A DNA stretch of 64,000 nucleotides. Source: Chthoniobacterales bacterium. GTDB lineage: Bacteria > Verrucomicrobiota > Verrucomicrobiia > Chthoniobacterales > UBA6821. Positions 9,715 to 18,835 of the stretch are shown piece by piece. Numbering within the stretch: the stretch's first letter is position 1; every line of letters starts with the position of its first letter. The notes beneath the pieces were generated by a model that worked only from the letters and a program-made list of their open reading frames with translations, ran no database searches and was not told the origin of the DNA. The translations under genes and the position numbers were made by a program. The stretch lies in the NCBI GenBank assembly GCA_044236545.1, contig JBIIGI010000002.1, positions 134-64,133 of the forward strand, written 5' to 3'.

Positions 9715-10442
9715 GCGATCCGATTCAGTCGCCCGAATACCTGGTCGCCGTCAGGGTGGAGAAGGTGACCAAGACCTTCCCTAACGGCGACACCCCGACC
9801 TACGCCCTCCGCGATGTTTCCTTTGAGGCGCTCAGCGGTCGGTTGACCATGATTGTGGGACCTTCCGGCTGCGGAAAGACCACTCTGCTGAGTGTCATCT
9901 GCGGCACGATGAGGACCGATTCCGGGCGCATCGAGGTCTTCGGCAAGGACCTTGGGACGATGAGTGACGCGGAGATCACCGGATTTCGAAGCAGAAACGT
10001 CGGGTTCATCTTCCAGCAGTTCAATTTGATCCCGACGCTTACGCTGGTGGAAAACGCTTCCGTGCCGCTGATCCTGCAGGGATGGAACTACCGGAAGGCG
10101 GAGGAGAAAGCGGCATCCATCCTTGAGAATCTGGGGCTTGGAACACGCCTCCGATCCTTCCCCAAGCAGCTTTCCGGTGGCCAGCAGCAGCGCGTGGCGA
10201 TCGCTCGCGCCCTTGTGCATGAACCGAGGCTGATCATCTGCGACGAGCCGACCGCCTCGCTCGATGCCAAGACGGGACACCATGCCCTCGAGTTGCTCAA
10301 GAAAAGCGCCTGCCGTCCCGACCGCTGCGTCATCGTCGTCACCCATGACAGCAGGATTTTTTCCTTCGCCGACTCGATCGCTGAGATGGAGGATGGCAGG
10401 GTGATCAAGAGTTGTCCCGCCGCCGAGTACCACCATGCTTAA
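9711..10442 (+). CDS. ABC transporter ATP-binding protein (DevA/MacB-type)
   Basis: Walker [10 protein letters not shown], signature [15 protein letters not shown] and Walker [13 protein letters not shown]. The ATG overlaps the permease stop (ATGA). Confidence 0.9.
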   Translation: MSDPIQSPEYLVAVRVEKVTKTFPNGDTPTYALRDVSFEALSGRLTMIVGPSGCGKTTLLSVICGTMRTDSGRIEVFGKDLGTMSDAEITGFRSRNVGFIFQQFNLIPTLTLVENASVPLILQGWNYRKAEEKAASILENLGLGTRLRSFPKQLSGGQQQRVAIARALVHEPRLIICDEPTASLDAKTGHHALELLKKSACRPDRCVIVVTHDSRIFSFADSIAEMEDGRVIKSCPAAEYHHA

Positions 10443-11442
10443 ACGTCTCTCCATCCTTCTGGCCCTCCTTGGGATTATCGCCGTCACGCTGCTCGTCCTC
10501 AGGCTCAAGAAACCGCTGCCGACGCCGATCCCGCTGGTCGAGCCCTCGCGCGCGCCCTACGCCGATTCGATCGGGGCCCGCGGCCTCGTGGAGGCGGTCA
10601 ACGAGAACGTCATCGTGGCCCCGATTCTGCCCGGGCTGATCATGGATATCTACGTGAAGGTGGGGGATCAGGTGAGAAAGGGGGATCCCCTGTTCCGTCA
10701 GGACACCCGGGACGCCGAGGCGAAAGTAGCGGCTCAGCAGGCCCAGGTTGTCCTGCTGGAGGCGCAGGTCAAGGAAGCCGAGGTCAAGGTCGAGGACAAG
10801 AAGGATGATCTCGCTCGAGCCGACCGGCTTCTCGCACAGCGGGTGATCAGCGAGGATGTGCAGAAGCGCAGGTACTTCGACCTGCAGGCGGCTGAGTCGG
10901 GACTGGGTTCCGCGCGCGCGAATCTCCTGCTGGCACGGGCCCAGTTGACTCAGGCGGAGGTGAATCTCGATCTCCTTACCGTCCGAGCGCCGCGCGACGG
11001 TGAAATCCTTAGGCAGAACATGCACGAGGGTGAGTATGCGGGCGTCTCCCCTTCCGATGCGAACGCACCCTCCCTCCTGCTCGGGGAAACAGATAGACTG
11101 CAACTCCGCGCCGACGTGGACGAGGACAGCGCCTCCCGGGTCATTGCCGGGGCTCCGGCGGTCGCCTACATCAAAGGGATGCGCTCCGACGCGATCCCGC
11201 TCCGCTTCGTCCGGATCGAGCCATACATCACCGTCAAGAAATCACTTACCGGTGACAGCACCGAGCGCGTCGACACCCGCGTCCTGCAGGTGATCTACCA
11301 GTTCGACAAGACCAAGGTGCCGGTCTATGTCGGTCAGCAGATGGATGCCTTCATCGACGGGGCTCCTCAGTCAACGAATGCGACCCCTCCCCGCGAAAAC
11401 ACCAACTCCGTCATCATCCTGCCATCATCCGCAAATCCCTGA
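10435..11442 (+). CDS. HlyD/DevB-family periplasmic adaptor (membrane fusion protein)
   Basis: N-terminal TM anchor, a lipoyl-like [14 protein letters not shown], a long coiled-coil and [10 protein letters not shown]. Overlaps the ATPase gene by 8 nt. Confidence 0.85.
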   Translation: MLKRLSILLALLGIIAVTLLVLRLKKPLPTPIPLVEPSRAPYADSIGARGLVEAVNENVIVAPILPGLIMDIYVKVGDQVRKGDPLFRQDTRDAEAKVAAQQAQVVLLEAQVKEAEVKVEDKKDDLARADRLLAQRVISEDVQKRRYFDLQAAESGLGSARANLLLARAQLTQAEVNLDLLTVRAPRDGEILRQNMHEGEYAGVSPSDANAPSLLLGETDRLQLRADVDEDSASRVIAGAPAVAYIKGMRSDAIPLRFVRIEPYITVKKSLTGDSTERVDTRVLQVIYQFDKTKVPVYVGQQMDAFIDGAPQSTNATPPRENTNSVIILPSSANP

Positions 11443-11496
11443 TCCCTGCCGGCAGGGATATCCGCAGGCAGTTCGGCTCCCCGTTCCCAGCGACTC

Positions 11497-13110
11497 ATGA
11501 CAGAACCGAAGACATTTGGCAGCCATGGCCCCGATCCCGCAAGGCGAACCGACCTCGACGCTCTGCGCGGCGTCGCGATGATCCTCGGAATCGTCCTGCA
11601 TGCCTGCCTGAGCTTTTTCCCCTGTCCCTGGCCCGTTCAGGACACAAGGCAGAACGGACTCTTCTTCCTGCCCTACGCGGTGATCCACATGTTCCGCATG
11701 CCGCTGTTTTTCATCATCAGCGGCTTCTTCACGATGTTCATCATGCAACGGCACGGACTTGGCGGAATGATCCGCCAGCGGGTGCAGAGGATCCTCCTCC
11801 CCCTGCTACTGGCCCTGCTCACGATCGTCCCCGTGGACAATCTCCTGACGCGCGAGGGGCGGATGATGCGCGCACAGGACCCGGCGAAGAAAACCCCGCT
11901 CGTCCAAGCGATTCTCGCCGGCGATCAGGCGGCCGTCATTCGCCAACTTGACATGGGGACATCCGTCAATCAGGAAGATCCGGCCTACGGCCTGACGCCC
12001 CTCTGCTGGGCCTCGCTTGCGGGGAACGACAAGGCTGTTTCCCTCCTGCTGGATCGCGGGGCCGATACGCGGGGTGGGGATAAGGAGGGCAACACCCCTC
12101 TCCATCAAGCTGCCCTTTTCTGCCATCCCTCGACGGTACGGTTGCTCCTGGAACACGGCGCGGAACCATCCGCAAAAAACAAATACGGATGGACCCCGGC
12201 CGGCTATTGCGGGTCGGCCTTGGGACTCAAGACGGCTATGGCTGAAAAGCTGGGACTGATGCTTTTGCCTGATCGGGAACTACGCATCCGCATGCGAGAG
12301 ACGTTGGTCGTCCTCTCGCCCCGAACGGACGCAACCTCGTTTTCCTCGTGGGTTGATCGCGTGGTGACGAATTACAGGGCCTTTTTGGTCTCGGACGGAT
12401 TTCTGATCCGTGTCGGCAGTTATTCTCTCCATCTCTTTGATGAGCCATTGCTTGACCACCTCTGGTTCCTCTGGCTCCTGCTCTGGTTGGTGGCTGGCTT
12501 TGCCCTGGCCGTTAAGGCGGGGTTTTCTCCCACGGGTCGCCTGCTCTGGTTGATTCCACCCCTGACCGTGATCCCGCAGGCATTCATGGGATCGGCGGTC
12601 GGGCCCGATCTCTGGTTTGGCCCTATCCCGGCGCCTCATCTCCTGCTCTACTACGGCCTCTTTTTCTGGTTCGGGGCCGCTGTTTTTTCCCGCGATGGCA
12701 TGACAACCCGGATGGGGAGAGGATGGCAGTTTCTTCTTCCGCTGGGCCTGCTTGTTTTCCTTCCCTTGGCATTGAAGCTGGTCGGCAACCGCGAAGCAGG
12801 GTCGATCGTGCAATGCACTTATGCCTGGGTTGTCTCCCTTGGGGTGATGGGCCTGTTCGGCCGTTATTGCAGTCAACTTGGCTACCGTGCACGGTGGTTC
12901 TCCGATTCCGCCTACTGGATGTACCTTGCCCACCTCCCGCTGGTTCTGGCCATCCAGATCGCACTGGTGCGCCTGCCATGGCCGCCTTCGGTGAAGTTTT
13001 TCTTGGTGATGGCGGTCACCGCCCTCCTGCTGCTTGTCTCCTACCGCTGGTTGGTCCGCTACACCTGGATCGGCACACTGCTCAACGGCCCGAGAAAGTT
13101 GCCGTCATAA
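11497..13110 (+). CDS. Acyltransferase-3 family membrane O-acyltransferase with an internal ankyrin-repeat module
   Basis: RRTDLDALRGVAMILGIVLHA is the acyltransferase_3 N-terminal motif, and there are many TM helices. Residues ~133-235 read as ankyrin repeats (GLTPLCWASLAGNDKAVSLLLDRGAD, GNTPLHQAALFCHPSTVRLLLEHGAEP). Confidence 0.75.
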   Translation: MTEPKTFGSHGPDPARRTDLDALRGVAMILGIVLHACLSFFPCPWPVQDTRQNGLFFLPYAVIHMFRMPLFFIISGFFTMFIMQRHGLGGMIRQRVQRILLPLLLALLTIVPVDNLLTREGRMMRAQDPAKKTPLVQAILAGDQAAVIRQLDMGTSVNQEDPAYGLTPLCWASLAGNDKAVSLLLDRGADTRGGDKEGNTPLHQAALFCHPSTVRLLLEHGAEPSAKNKYGWTPAGYCGSALGLKTAMAEKLGLMLLPDRELRIRMRETLVVLSPRTDATSFSSWVDRVVTNYRAFLVSDGFLIRVGSYSLHLFDEPLLDHLWFLWLLLWLVAGFALAVKAGFSPTGRLLWLIPPLTVIPQAFMGSAVGPDLWFGPIPAPHLLLYYGLFFWFGAAVFSRDGMTTRMGRGWQFLLPLGLLVFLPLALKLVGNREAGSIVQCTYAWVVSLGVMGLFGRYCSQLGYRARWFSDSAYWMYLAHLPLVLAIQIALVRLPWPPSVKFFLVMAVTALLLLVSYRWLVRYTWIGTLLNGPRKLPS

Positions 13111-13126
13111 CCAACCTGTCCCCCGC

Positions 13127-14404
13127 ATGCACATCGGCCTCGCCTGTCCCGAACTTTCCGGTCACCTGAATCCGATGACGACGCTGGGCCGCGAGCTTGT
13201 GCGGCGGGGCCACCGTGTCACGGTGGTGGCACGCCCCGATGCGCAGTCAAAAGCCCTCTCCGCCGGACTGGGCTTTGCCGCCGTCGGGAAAAACGAATTT
13301 CCACGCGGAGCGATTGCGGCCCAAGCCGCGATGCTCGGCGGCATGACAGCCGGGAAAGCGCTACGCTACACGATCGGGATGATGCGCTCCGCGGCCGAGG
13401 TCACACTCCGGGACCTCCCTGCCGTCTGCCGTGAAATCGGGATCGAGGGACTGCTGGTCGATCAGGTCAATCCTGCCGCAGGCACGGTGGCCGAGATCGA
13501 AGGACTGCCCTTCGTGAAGGTGGCCAATGCCCTGGCACTCAACCGTGATCCGGCGTGCCCCCCGGCAGTCCTCCCGTGGCGTTATCATCCGGGACTGCTC
13601 GCCCGCATGAGGAATGGCGCGGGCAACTGGTTCCTCTACCGCGTGACAGCGCCAATACGGGACGCGATCAATGAAGAACGCATCCGGCATGGCCTCGCGC
13701 CGCGGATCGACGAGGAGACTCCGGCATTTCTTGCGGAGATCGCCCAGCAGCCCGCTTTTTTCGATTTCCCAAGGGCCCGCCCCGAACCGTTGCTGCACTT
13801 CACCGCTCCGTGGCACGCGTCCGCGGGCGGCAGCGAGGTGCCGTTTCCCTGGGAGCGTCTCGACGGGCGCCCCCTTGTGTATGCCTCGCTGGGAACGCTG
13901 CAGAACAGGCTTTCGGGGATGTTCGCGACGATCGCCGAGGCAGTCGCGACTTTGGACGTTCAGCTCGTGATCTCGCTCGGTGCCGCGGACCAGGATGCCG
14001 CGGCGGTGGCGGCACGCTGCCCCGGAAATCCGATCGTCGTGCCGATCGCTCCCCAGTTGCGGCTTCTTGAGAAGGCGGCGCTGGTGATCACGCACGCCGG
14101 CCTCAACACGGCGCTCGAGTCACTAGCGCGCGGCGTGCCGTTGGTCGCCATCCCGATCACCAACGACCAACCGGGTGTCGCCCGCCGACTCGAGTGGCTC
14201 GGGTTGGCCGAGGTCGTGCTTCCCGGCCAACTGACCGCGACACGGCTGCGTCAGGCTGCCGGACGGGTTCTCCGCGATCCGGATTACCGCAGGCGTGCCC
14301 GGGAACGGGCTGCGGAGATTGCACGGATCGACGGCGTGGGAATGGCGGCCGATATCGTTGAGCAGGCTTTTCGCACACGGGAGCCGGTATCGGCGGGTTC
14401 ATGA
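13127..14404 (+). CDS. GT1-family (UDP-glycosyltransferase/MGT, CrtX-like) glycosyltransferase
   Basis: GHLNPMTTLGRELVRRGHRVT N-terminal loop. C-terminal UDPGT signature HAGLNTALESLARGVPLVAIPITNDQ. Confidence 0.8.
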   Translation: MHIGLACPELSGHLNPMTTLGRELVRRGHRVTVVARPDAQSKALSAGLGFAAVGKNEFPRGAIAAQAAMLGGMTAGKALRYTIGMMRSAAEVTLRDLPAVCREIGIEGLLVDQVNPAAGTVAEIEGLPFVKVANALALNRDPACPPAVLPWRYHPGLLARMRNGAGNWFLYRVTAPIRDAINEERIRHGLAPRIDEETPAFLAEIAQQPAFFDFPRARPEPLLHFTAPWHASAGGSEVPFPWERLDGRPLVYASLGTLQNRLSGMFATIAEAVATLDVQLVISLGAADQDAAAVAARCPGNPIVVPIAPQLRLLEKAALVITHAGLNTALESLARGVPLVAIPITNDQPGVARRLEWLGLAEVVLPGQLTATRLRQAAGRVLRDPDYRRRARERAAEIARIDGVGMAADIVEQAFRTREPVSAGS

Positions 14405-14428
14405 CTTCTCTAGTCACCTGACCCGAGT

Positions 14429-15646
14429 TCATTGGACAATCGTGATGTCTCTGCGTCGTCGTGACGTCAGCAAGACGACAACAAGGGCCATGGTGCTGAG
14501 TCCTGCAAATCCCGCCACCAGCGGAATGACCGTACCCTGATAAAGGAGACCGATACAACCACCGCACAGAATGGCTATGGCGGAAGAGAGCGTGCCTGAA
14601 ATTGCAGCTCCCATTCCGGCAACGCCCCCCAAGGGATCCATGATGATGGCGTTGAAATTGGCGAGCAGCAATCCGCTGAAAAAGCATCCTGTAAACAGAA
14701 AAAGCGCCAACGCCCAGATCGGCGGATGCCCTTCCAACAAGAGGCACACTCCAAGGAATAAACCCGAAATGATCACCAGCATCCGCAATGCCAGCGAGGA
14801 TAGCCGTCGCATGCCGCATAGGTTCACCAGCCTGGCGTTCACAACCATCGCCAGTGCGAAACCGGATGCAAAAAATGCAAACCAGAGCGGAAAATGCGCA
14901 CCCTGTGCATATTCCTCGGCAAAGATCTGCTGCGAGGTGTTGAGATAGATGATGAAGATGCCGTAGTTGAGCCCGGAGGCGATGGTGTAACCCATGGCTA
15001 TCGGATGGCGCAGCACCTGCCCGGCAGCATTCACCAGTGCGGCGAAGGAGAAAGGCCTGCGGTTTTCGGGAAGAAGTGTCTCTTCCTGGCGGCACCACAG
15101 CCAGATTCCTGAAAGAACACCACAGATCAGAAATCCCACAAAAATGGCGCGCCAGCTCGCGATAAGCAGCACGAGTTGCCCAATGCCGGGAGAGAGCATC
15201 GGCACCAGCAGAAACACCAAAATGACGAAAGACATCACCCTCGCCATTGCGGCACCCGAATGCCTGTCCCGCACCATGGCGACGGATATATAGCGTGGAG
15301 CCGCCGCCCCGAACCCCTGCAGGAACCGGCCGACCAGCATCATTCCGAAGCTTTCTGAAAGCAGGCAGGCCAAGGAGCCCAAGGAATAGAAGACGAGGCC
15401 GATGATAATGGCCGGCTTGCGGCCCAGCGAATCCGACCATGGTCCATAAACCAGCGTTCCGACCATCAGACCCGCGAAGAACGTCGTGATGATGAACTGC
15501 CGGCTGTTCGGATTAGCCGCCCCCAACTCACGGGCCATCAGGCCAACGGCGGGCAGCATGGCATCGATCGAAATCGCCGCGACGGCGTTGAGGAAGGCCA
15601 CCAGGATGATGAACTCGACGGATGAACGGCTTCTCTTCCCGGTCAT
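14429..15646 (-). CDS. MFS transporter, Bcr/CflA drug-resistance subfamily
   Basis: Twelve predicted TM helices. AISIDAMLPAV, GPWSDSLGRKP and RFLQGFGAAA are MFS motif A/C equivalents. Confidence 0.85.
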   Translation of the reverse strand: MTGKRSRSSVEFIILVAFLNAVAAISIDAMLPAVGLMARELGAANPNSRQFIITTFFAGLMVGTLVYGPWSDSLGRKPAIIIGLVFYSLGSLACLLSESFGMMLVGRFLQGFGAAAPRYISVAMVRDRHSGAAMARVMSFVILVFLLVPMLSPGIGQLVLLIASWRAIFVGFLICGVLSGIWLWCRQEETLLPENRRPFSFAALVNAAGQVLRHPIAMGYTIASGLNYGIFIIYLNTSQQIFAEEYAQGAHFPLWFAFFASGFALAMVVNARLVNLCGMRRLSSLALRMLVIISGLFLGVCLLLEGHPPIWALALFLFTGCFFSGLLLANFNAIIMDPLGGVAGMGAAISGTLSSAIAILCGGCIGLLYQGTVIPLVAGFAGLSTMALVVVLLTSRRRRDITIVQ

Positions 15647-15711
15647 GTCGCGCGTCTCATCATGGGGAGTGGATCCATGTTCCGAGTGATGGATATGGTC
15701 GGCAAGATCCC

Positions 15712-17109
15712 CTAGGACCCAATCAGATGAAGGGCGCCGGGCGAGGAGTTTTCCCAGAGAGGATTCCAGTAGGAACGGAGCAACCCGGCGGCGACTTCGG
15801 GATCCTCGATGACGTAGCCGAATTCCTGGAGGTTGTGGGGATAGATGTTGTCGGAGCCGAGGTGAAAGGTCCGCTCATCGATCATCCAGAGCTTTGCATG
15901 GGTGGTGACCTTGATCTTTTCCCCTTCAACCTCCCAGGCATCGATTCCATGACGGAAGCGGATTGGTGCAATCATGAGGCTGCCGGTTAGCTTACGGGAT
16001 CCGATCCTCTTTCTGAACTCCTCGATCACACCCTGTGGAGTCTCCCCGAAGGAGTAGTGCCCGCCGCTTCCGGAGAGGCCGCCAGGCTCGGTGACGATGA
16101 TCTTCACATCGAGTTGTTTCCCGGGATCGGTGAGACCGTCGATCAGAACCTCCATCACCTGATCGGGCCAGACACTCGGGCCGTTCCACCGCAGGGCAAA
16201 GTCCATCTGGCTGATCAGAATCGATCGTTCAGCTAACCGGAAGGCGGCTGCTGCGGCTCCCGCGGCGGGATTCGGGAATGGCTCGTTGGTCAGGATGCCG
16301 TGTCCATAGCGCGCCAATGCGAGGGCTGGTACGCCCCCCTCGGAACCGGCATCCAGCTCAACGGGGGAGGGGGTGCTTCCCTCCGTGATGACGCCGGATT
16401 CCCATCCGACAGCGAAGGCACGCGGCGCTTCGGGCGCATTGTGCAGGTTGTTTGTGACCCATTCCCAGAGGCGGTTGAGATAGAAATGGGTCTCAAGTGC
16501 ACCGTGCCCGGTCAGGAGTGCGGAAAGATCGTGCACGGGTCCCCCGGCGAAATAGTCGCCCGACCAGAGATTGTGGCCGCCCACAATGCAACTGCGCCCG
16601 TCCGCCGCCACGATCTTGGCATGATTCCACGACGATTTCAGCCCGTCGATGCAGGTGAACATCCGGCAGACATGGATGGTGAGGAGGCAGGTCCGCGGAT
16701 CAAGATTCCGGGTGAGGCGACGGAGCATCTCGACCAACCCCTCGTTCGTTTCACGGGAGTAGGGATTGTTCCCGAAAAGAATCCTCACGGTTGTGCGCTC
16801 GCCGCGCGCGGCCATCCGCTCCAGCCCCCGGGAGATGGCATCCAGGAAATGCCCCGAGGCGTAGGGCTCGAGCGAGGAGATGTCAACGAGCCTGGTTCCC
16901 GAGGCGACCGTCTCCTCGATGCATTCCAGCAGACGCCTTCCGGAGGGCGTCAGGAATTCGGTCCACGCCGCGCAGTCTTCCCCCCAGACGCCGGGAGTCT
17001 GAAGGAGTTCCAGCGAATCGAAAGCGCACCTGCGGATACCGGGTGCCTTGCTTTCCTCGGGAGCGAGACTCGCAGCGATGGCTTCAAGATGGGGAGTGGC
17101 GACACGCAT
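15712..17109 (-). CDS. Phospholipase D-superfamily protein with two HKD motifs
   Basis: HKD 1 is WNHAKIVAADGRSCIVGGHN and HKD 2 is THAKLWMIDERTFHLGSDN. ATG at 17109 (the track ORF uses TTG 17133). Confidence 0.8.
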   Translation of the reverse strand: MRVATPHLEAIAASLAPEESKAPGIRRCAFDSLELLQTPGVWGEDCAAWTEFLTPSGRRLLECIEETVASGTRLVDISSLEPYASGHFLDAISRGLERMAARGERTTVRILFGNNPYSRETNEGLVEMLRRLTRNLDPRTCLLTIHVCRMFTCIDGLKSSWNHAKIVAADGRSCIVGGHNLWSGDYFAGGPVHDLSALLTGHGALETHFYLNRLWEWVTNNLHNAPEAPRAFAVGWESGVITEGSTPSPVELDAGSEGGVPALALARYGHGILTNEPFPNPAAGAAAAAFRLAERSILISQMDFALRWNGPSVWPDQVMEVLIDGLTDPGKQLDVKIIVTEPGGLSGSGGHYSFGETPQGVIEEFRKRIGSRKLTGSLMIAPIRFRHGIDAWEVEGEKIKVTTHAKLWMIDERTFHLGSDNIYPHNLQEFGYVIEDPEVAAGLLRSYWNPLWENSSPGALHLIGS

Positions 17110-17116
17110 GGGAAAA

Positions 17117-18835
17117 TCAGCCGATGGTTTCAACGACGGAATTGATCAGATTCGCGAGGTGGTGTCTGTCTCCGAGGCGGCTCTTCACGTCCGCCGCCAG
17201 CGGACGCAGAAACTCGATCGACTCCTGGAGCGTGGCGTGCTGCGGATAACCCTCGATCCTTTCCAGAGGAACCCCAGGCTCGCCGCAGAGATGCTGAAGA
17301 AGGAGGACAAGCCAGCGGAATCCCTTATCCGTCTCCATTTCCGGGTGCTTTTCGAGCAGGTGCAGGAGGCCCTTTACCTCCGTGTGGATGGTGTGATGCA
17401 CGTCCGCGGCGACCGCCGAGCGGAAGCCGGACTGGGTGCTGAGCGAGGCAAACTGCTGCCGGTCGATTCGGATCACCCGGAGCGTTGCCGGACGGCGCAC
17501 GCCAGTGGTCGCGAGTTCGCGGCGGTTACCCAGCAATCCAAGATCCCCCAGAACTGCGGGACCCGAGATCTCATGGACAACCTCGACCTCCGACCCTGCC
17601 ATGCAGGAATCCGACTCGTCTTCTTCCGAACAGCTGATGATCAGGGGTTCGCTCGACTCCAGGATCACCACCATCGCTTCCGAGACCTCACCCTGCCGAA
17701 GAAGCGGCTTCTCGGGCGTGAGATGGATCGTCTCAATCTTGTAGGAGGAGGCCGGATCGTCGATCGCATGGAGCAGGATGGCTCCCATCAGTTTGCTGTC
17801 CGTGTGGGTGCATGGTATTTTTTCATAGGCCTCCCAGAGTGCCGCCACATCCGGTCGCTCCATAAGCTCCTCCCTGAGTCGCTGGCGTGCGGCCTTTTTG
17901 GCCGCCTTGGCCTTTTCTTGGCGCAACTCCATCCATTCGGCGTAAACCGGCTCCATCTCCTTGAGAACCGAGCGGTCTGGGAAAAGCCAATTGCGGGAGA
18001 GTTCATCAATATGCCGATCGATATGCTCCTCCATGGAGATTCCGGTCATCGCGGCCGTGACCGGAACCATTCGGAGAGCCGTTTCGCGCGCCATCGCGGT
18101 GATCCGTTCGCCGGGGGGATGCGACTTGAAGCGTTCTTCGTAGGCGCGGCAGAACTCGTTCTGGGCATGAAAGTCCTTGGGCGCGCGGGATAGCCCCGTG
18201 GCTTTGCCCGTCTGGTAGAGAATAACGGTGAGGTTTTCACCAAGCCTTTGCCATGTCCGGCTGCCGGGCCGCACACCACAGGCGCGGTAACCGCGCATGA
18301 TGTTGTCCACATAGGAGGCGGAGATGTAGGCGAAGTCGGCCTCGTATCCCGGCATGACTTCGGCGCCGGACTGTCCCTCGGCAAGATTGAGTATCCCTGA
18401 GGGAAGAACAACTCCTGCCACATGATGGCGTAGATTGACCACGCGGATGACTTCATGAAGGAACTTGGAATTCCGCGGCATCTTGAAGATCTGGCTGAAC
18501 TCCCCGGTTCCAAAGAGTCGTTCCCCTGCCCTCAGGTGCCCCCCGTTGCGATAGGTCGTGGCCACGACGGAGCTGGCACGAAGGGTCTGGTAAAGCGCCC
18601 CCCATCCATAGCCGAGAACGTCGCGCGTATAGTGCCCACGGTAGGCCAGCAGATTCCTGAAGGTGAAGAAACGGGTTAATAAATTGAAGAACGAACTCCT
18701 GCGACGGTCATTCCACTCCTTCTCGGAAATTTCCGGGATCGGCTGGATCATCTCTGGGGGAATGTAATCCTCGAGCATCCCGCGGTGCCGGACAGCACCA
18801 CCTGACTGATGGAAGGGGCATTTTGAGATGTTCAT
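17117..18835 (-). CDS. Hypothetical 572-aa protein: unknown N-terminal domain (weak MpaB/DUF2236-like RxxH motif) plus a cNMP-binding-like beta-barrel region
   Basis: Long ORF whose ends are coupled to the P450 (4-nt overlap) and to PLD. Residues ~370-465 (LLRQGEVSEAMVVILESS...GPAVLGDLGLLGN...RRPATLRVIRIDRQQFASL) resemble the CAP/cNMP effector-domain pattern. VIRVVNLRHHVAG resembles the MpaB-family motif. Confidence 0.6.
   Translation of the reverse strand: MNISKCPFHQSGGAVRHRGMLEDYIPPEMIQPIPEISEKEWNDRRRSSFFNLLTRFFTFRNLLAYRGHYTRDVLGYGWGALYQTLRASSVVATTYRNGGHLRAGERLFGTGEFSQIFKMPRNSKFLHEVIRVVNLRHHVAGVVLPSGILNLAEGQSGAEVMPGYEADFAYISASYVDNIMRGYRACGVRPGSRTWQRLGENLTVILYQTGKATGLSRAPKDFHAQNEFCRAYEERFKSHPPGERITAMARETALRMVPVTAAMTGISMEEHIDRHIDELSRNWLFPDRSVLKEMEPVYAEWMELRQEKAKAAKKAARQRLREELMERPDVAALWEAYEKIPCTHTDSKLMGAILLHAIDDPASSYKIETIHLTPEKPLLRQGEVSEAMVVILESSEPLIISCSEEDESDSCMAGSEVEVVHEISGPAVLGDLGLLGNRRELATTGVRRPATLRVIRIDRQQFASLSTQSGFRSAVAADVHHTIHTEVKGLLHLLEKHPEMETDKGFRWLVLLLQHLCGEPGVPLERIEGYPQHATLQESIEFLRPLAADVKSRLGDRHHLANLINSVVETIG

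Noticed and set aside
15712-18835. PLD-family HKD protein plus cNMP-binding-like protein as a Pycsar/CBASS-type antiphage effector pair
   Set aside because: There is no nucleotide cyclase, CD-NTase or other sensor gene nearby. Both genes are translationally embedded in an operon of lipid enzymes, and the PLD has two HKD motifs in one chain like lipid-acting PLDs. A lipid role is more parsimonious, though defence is not formally excluded.
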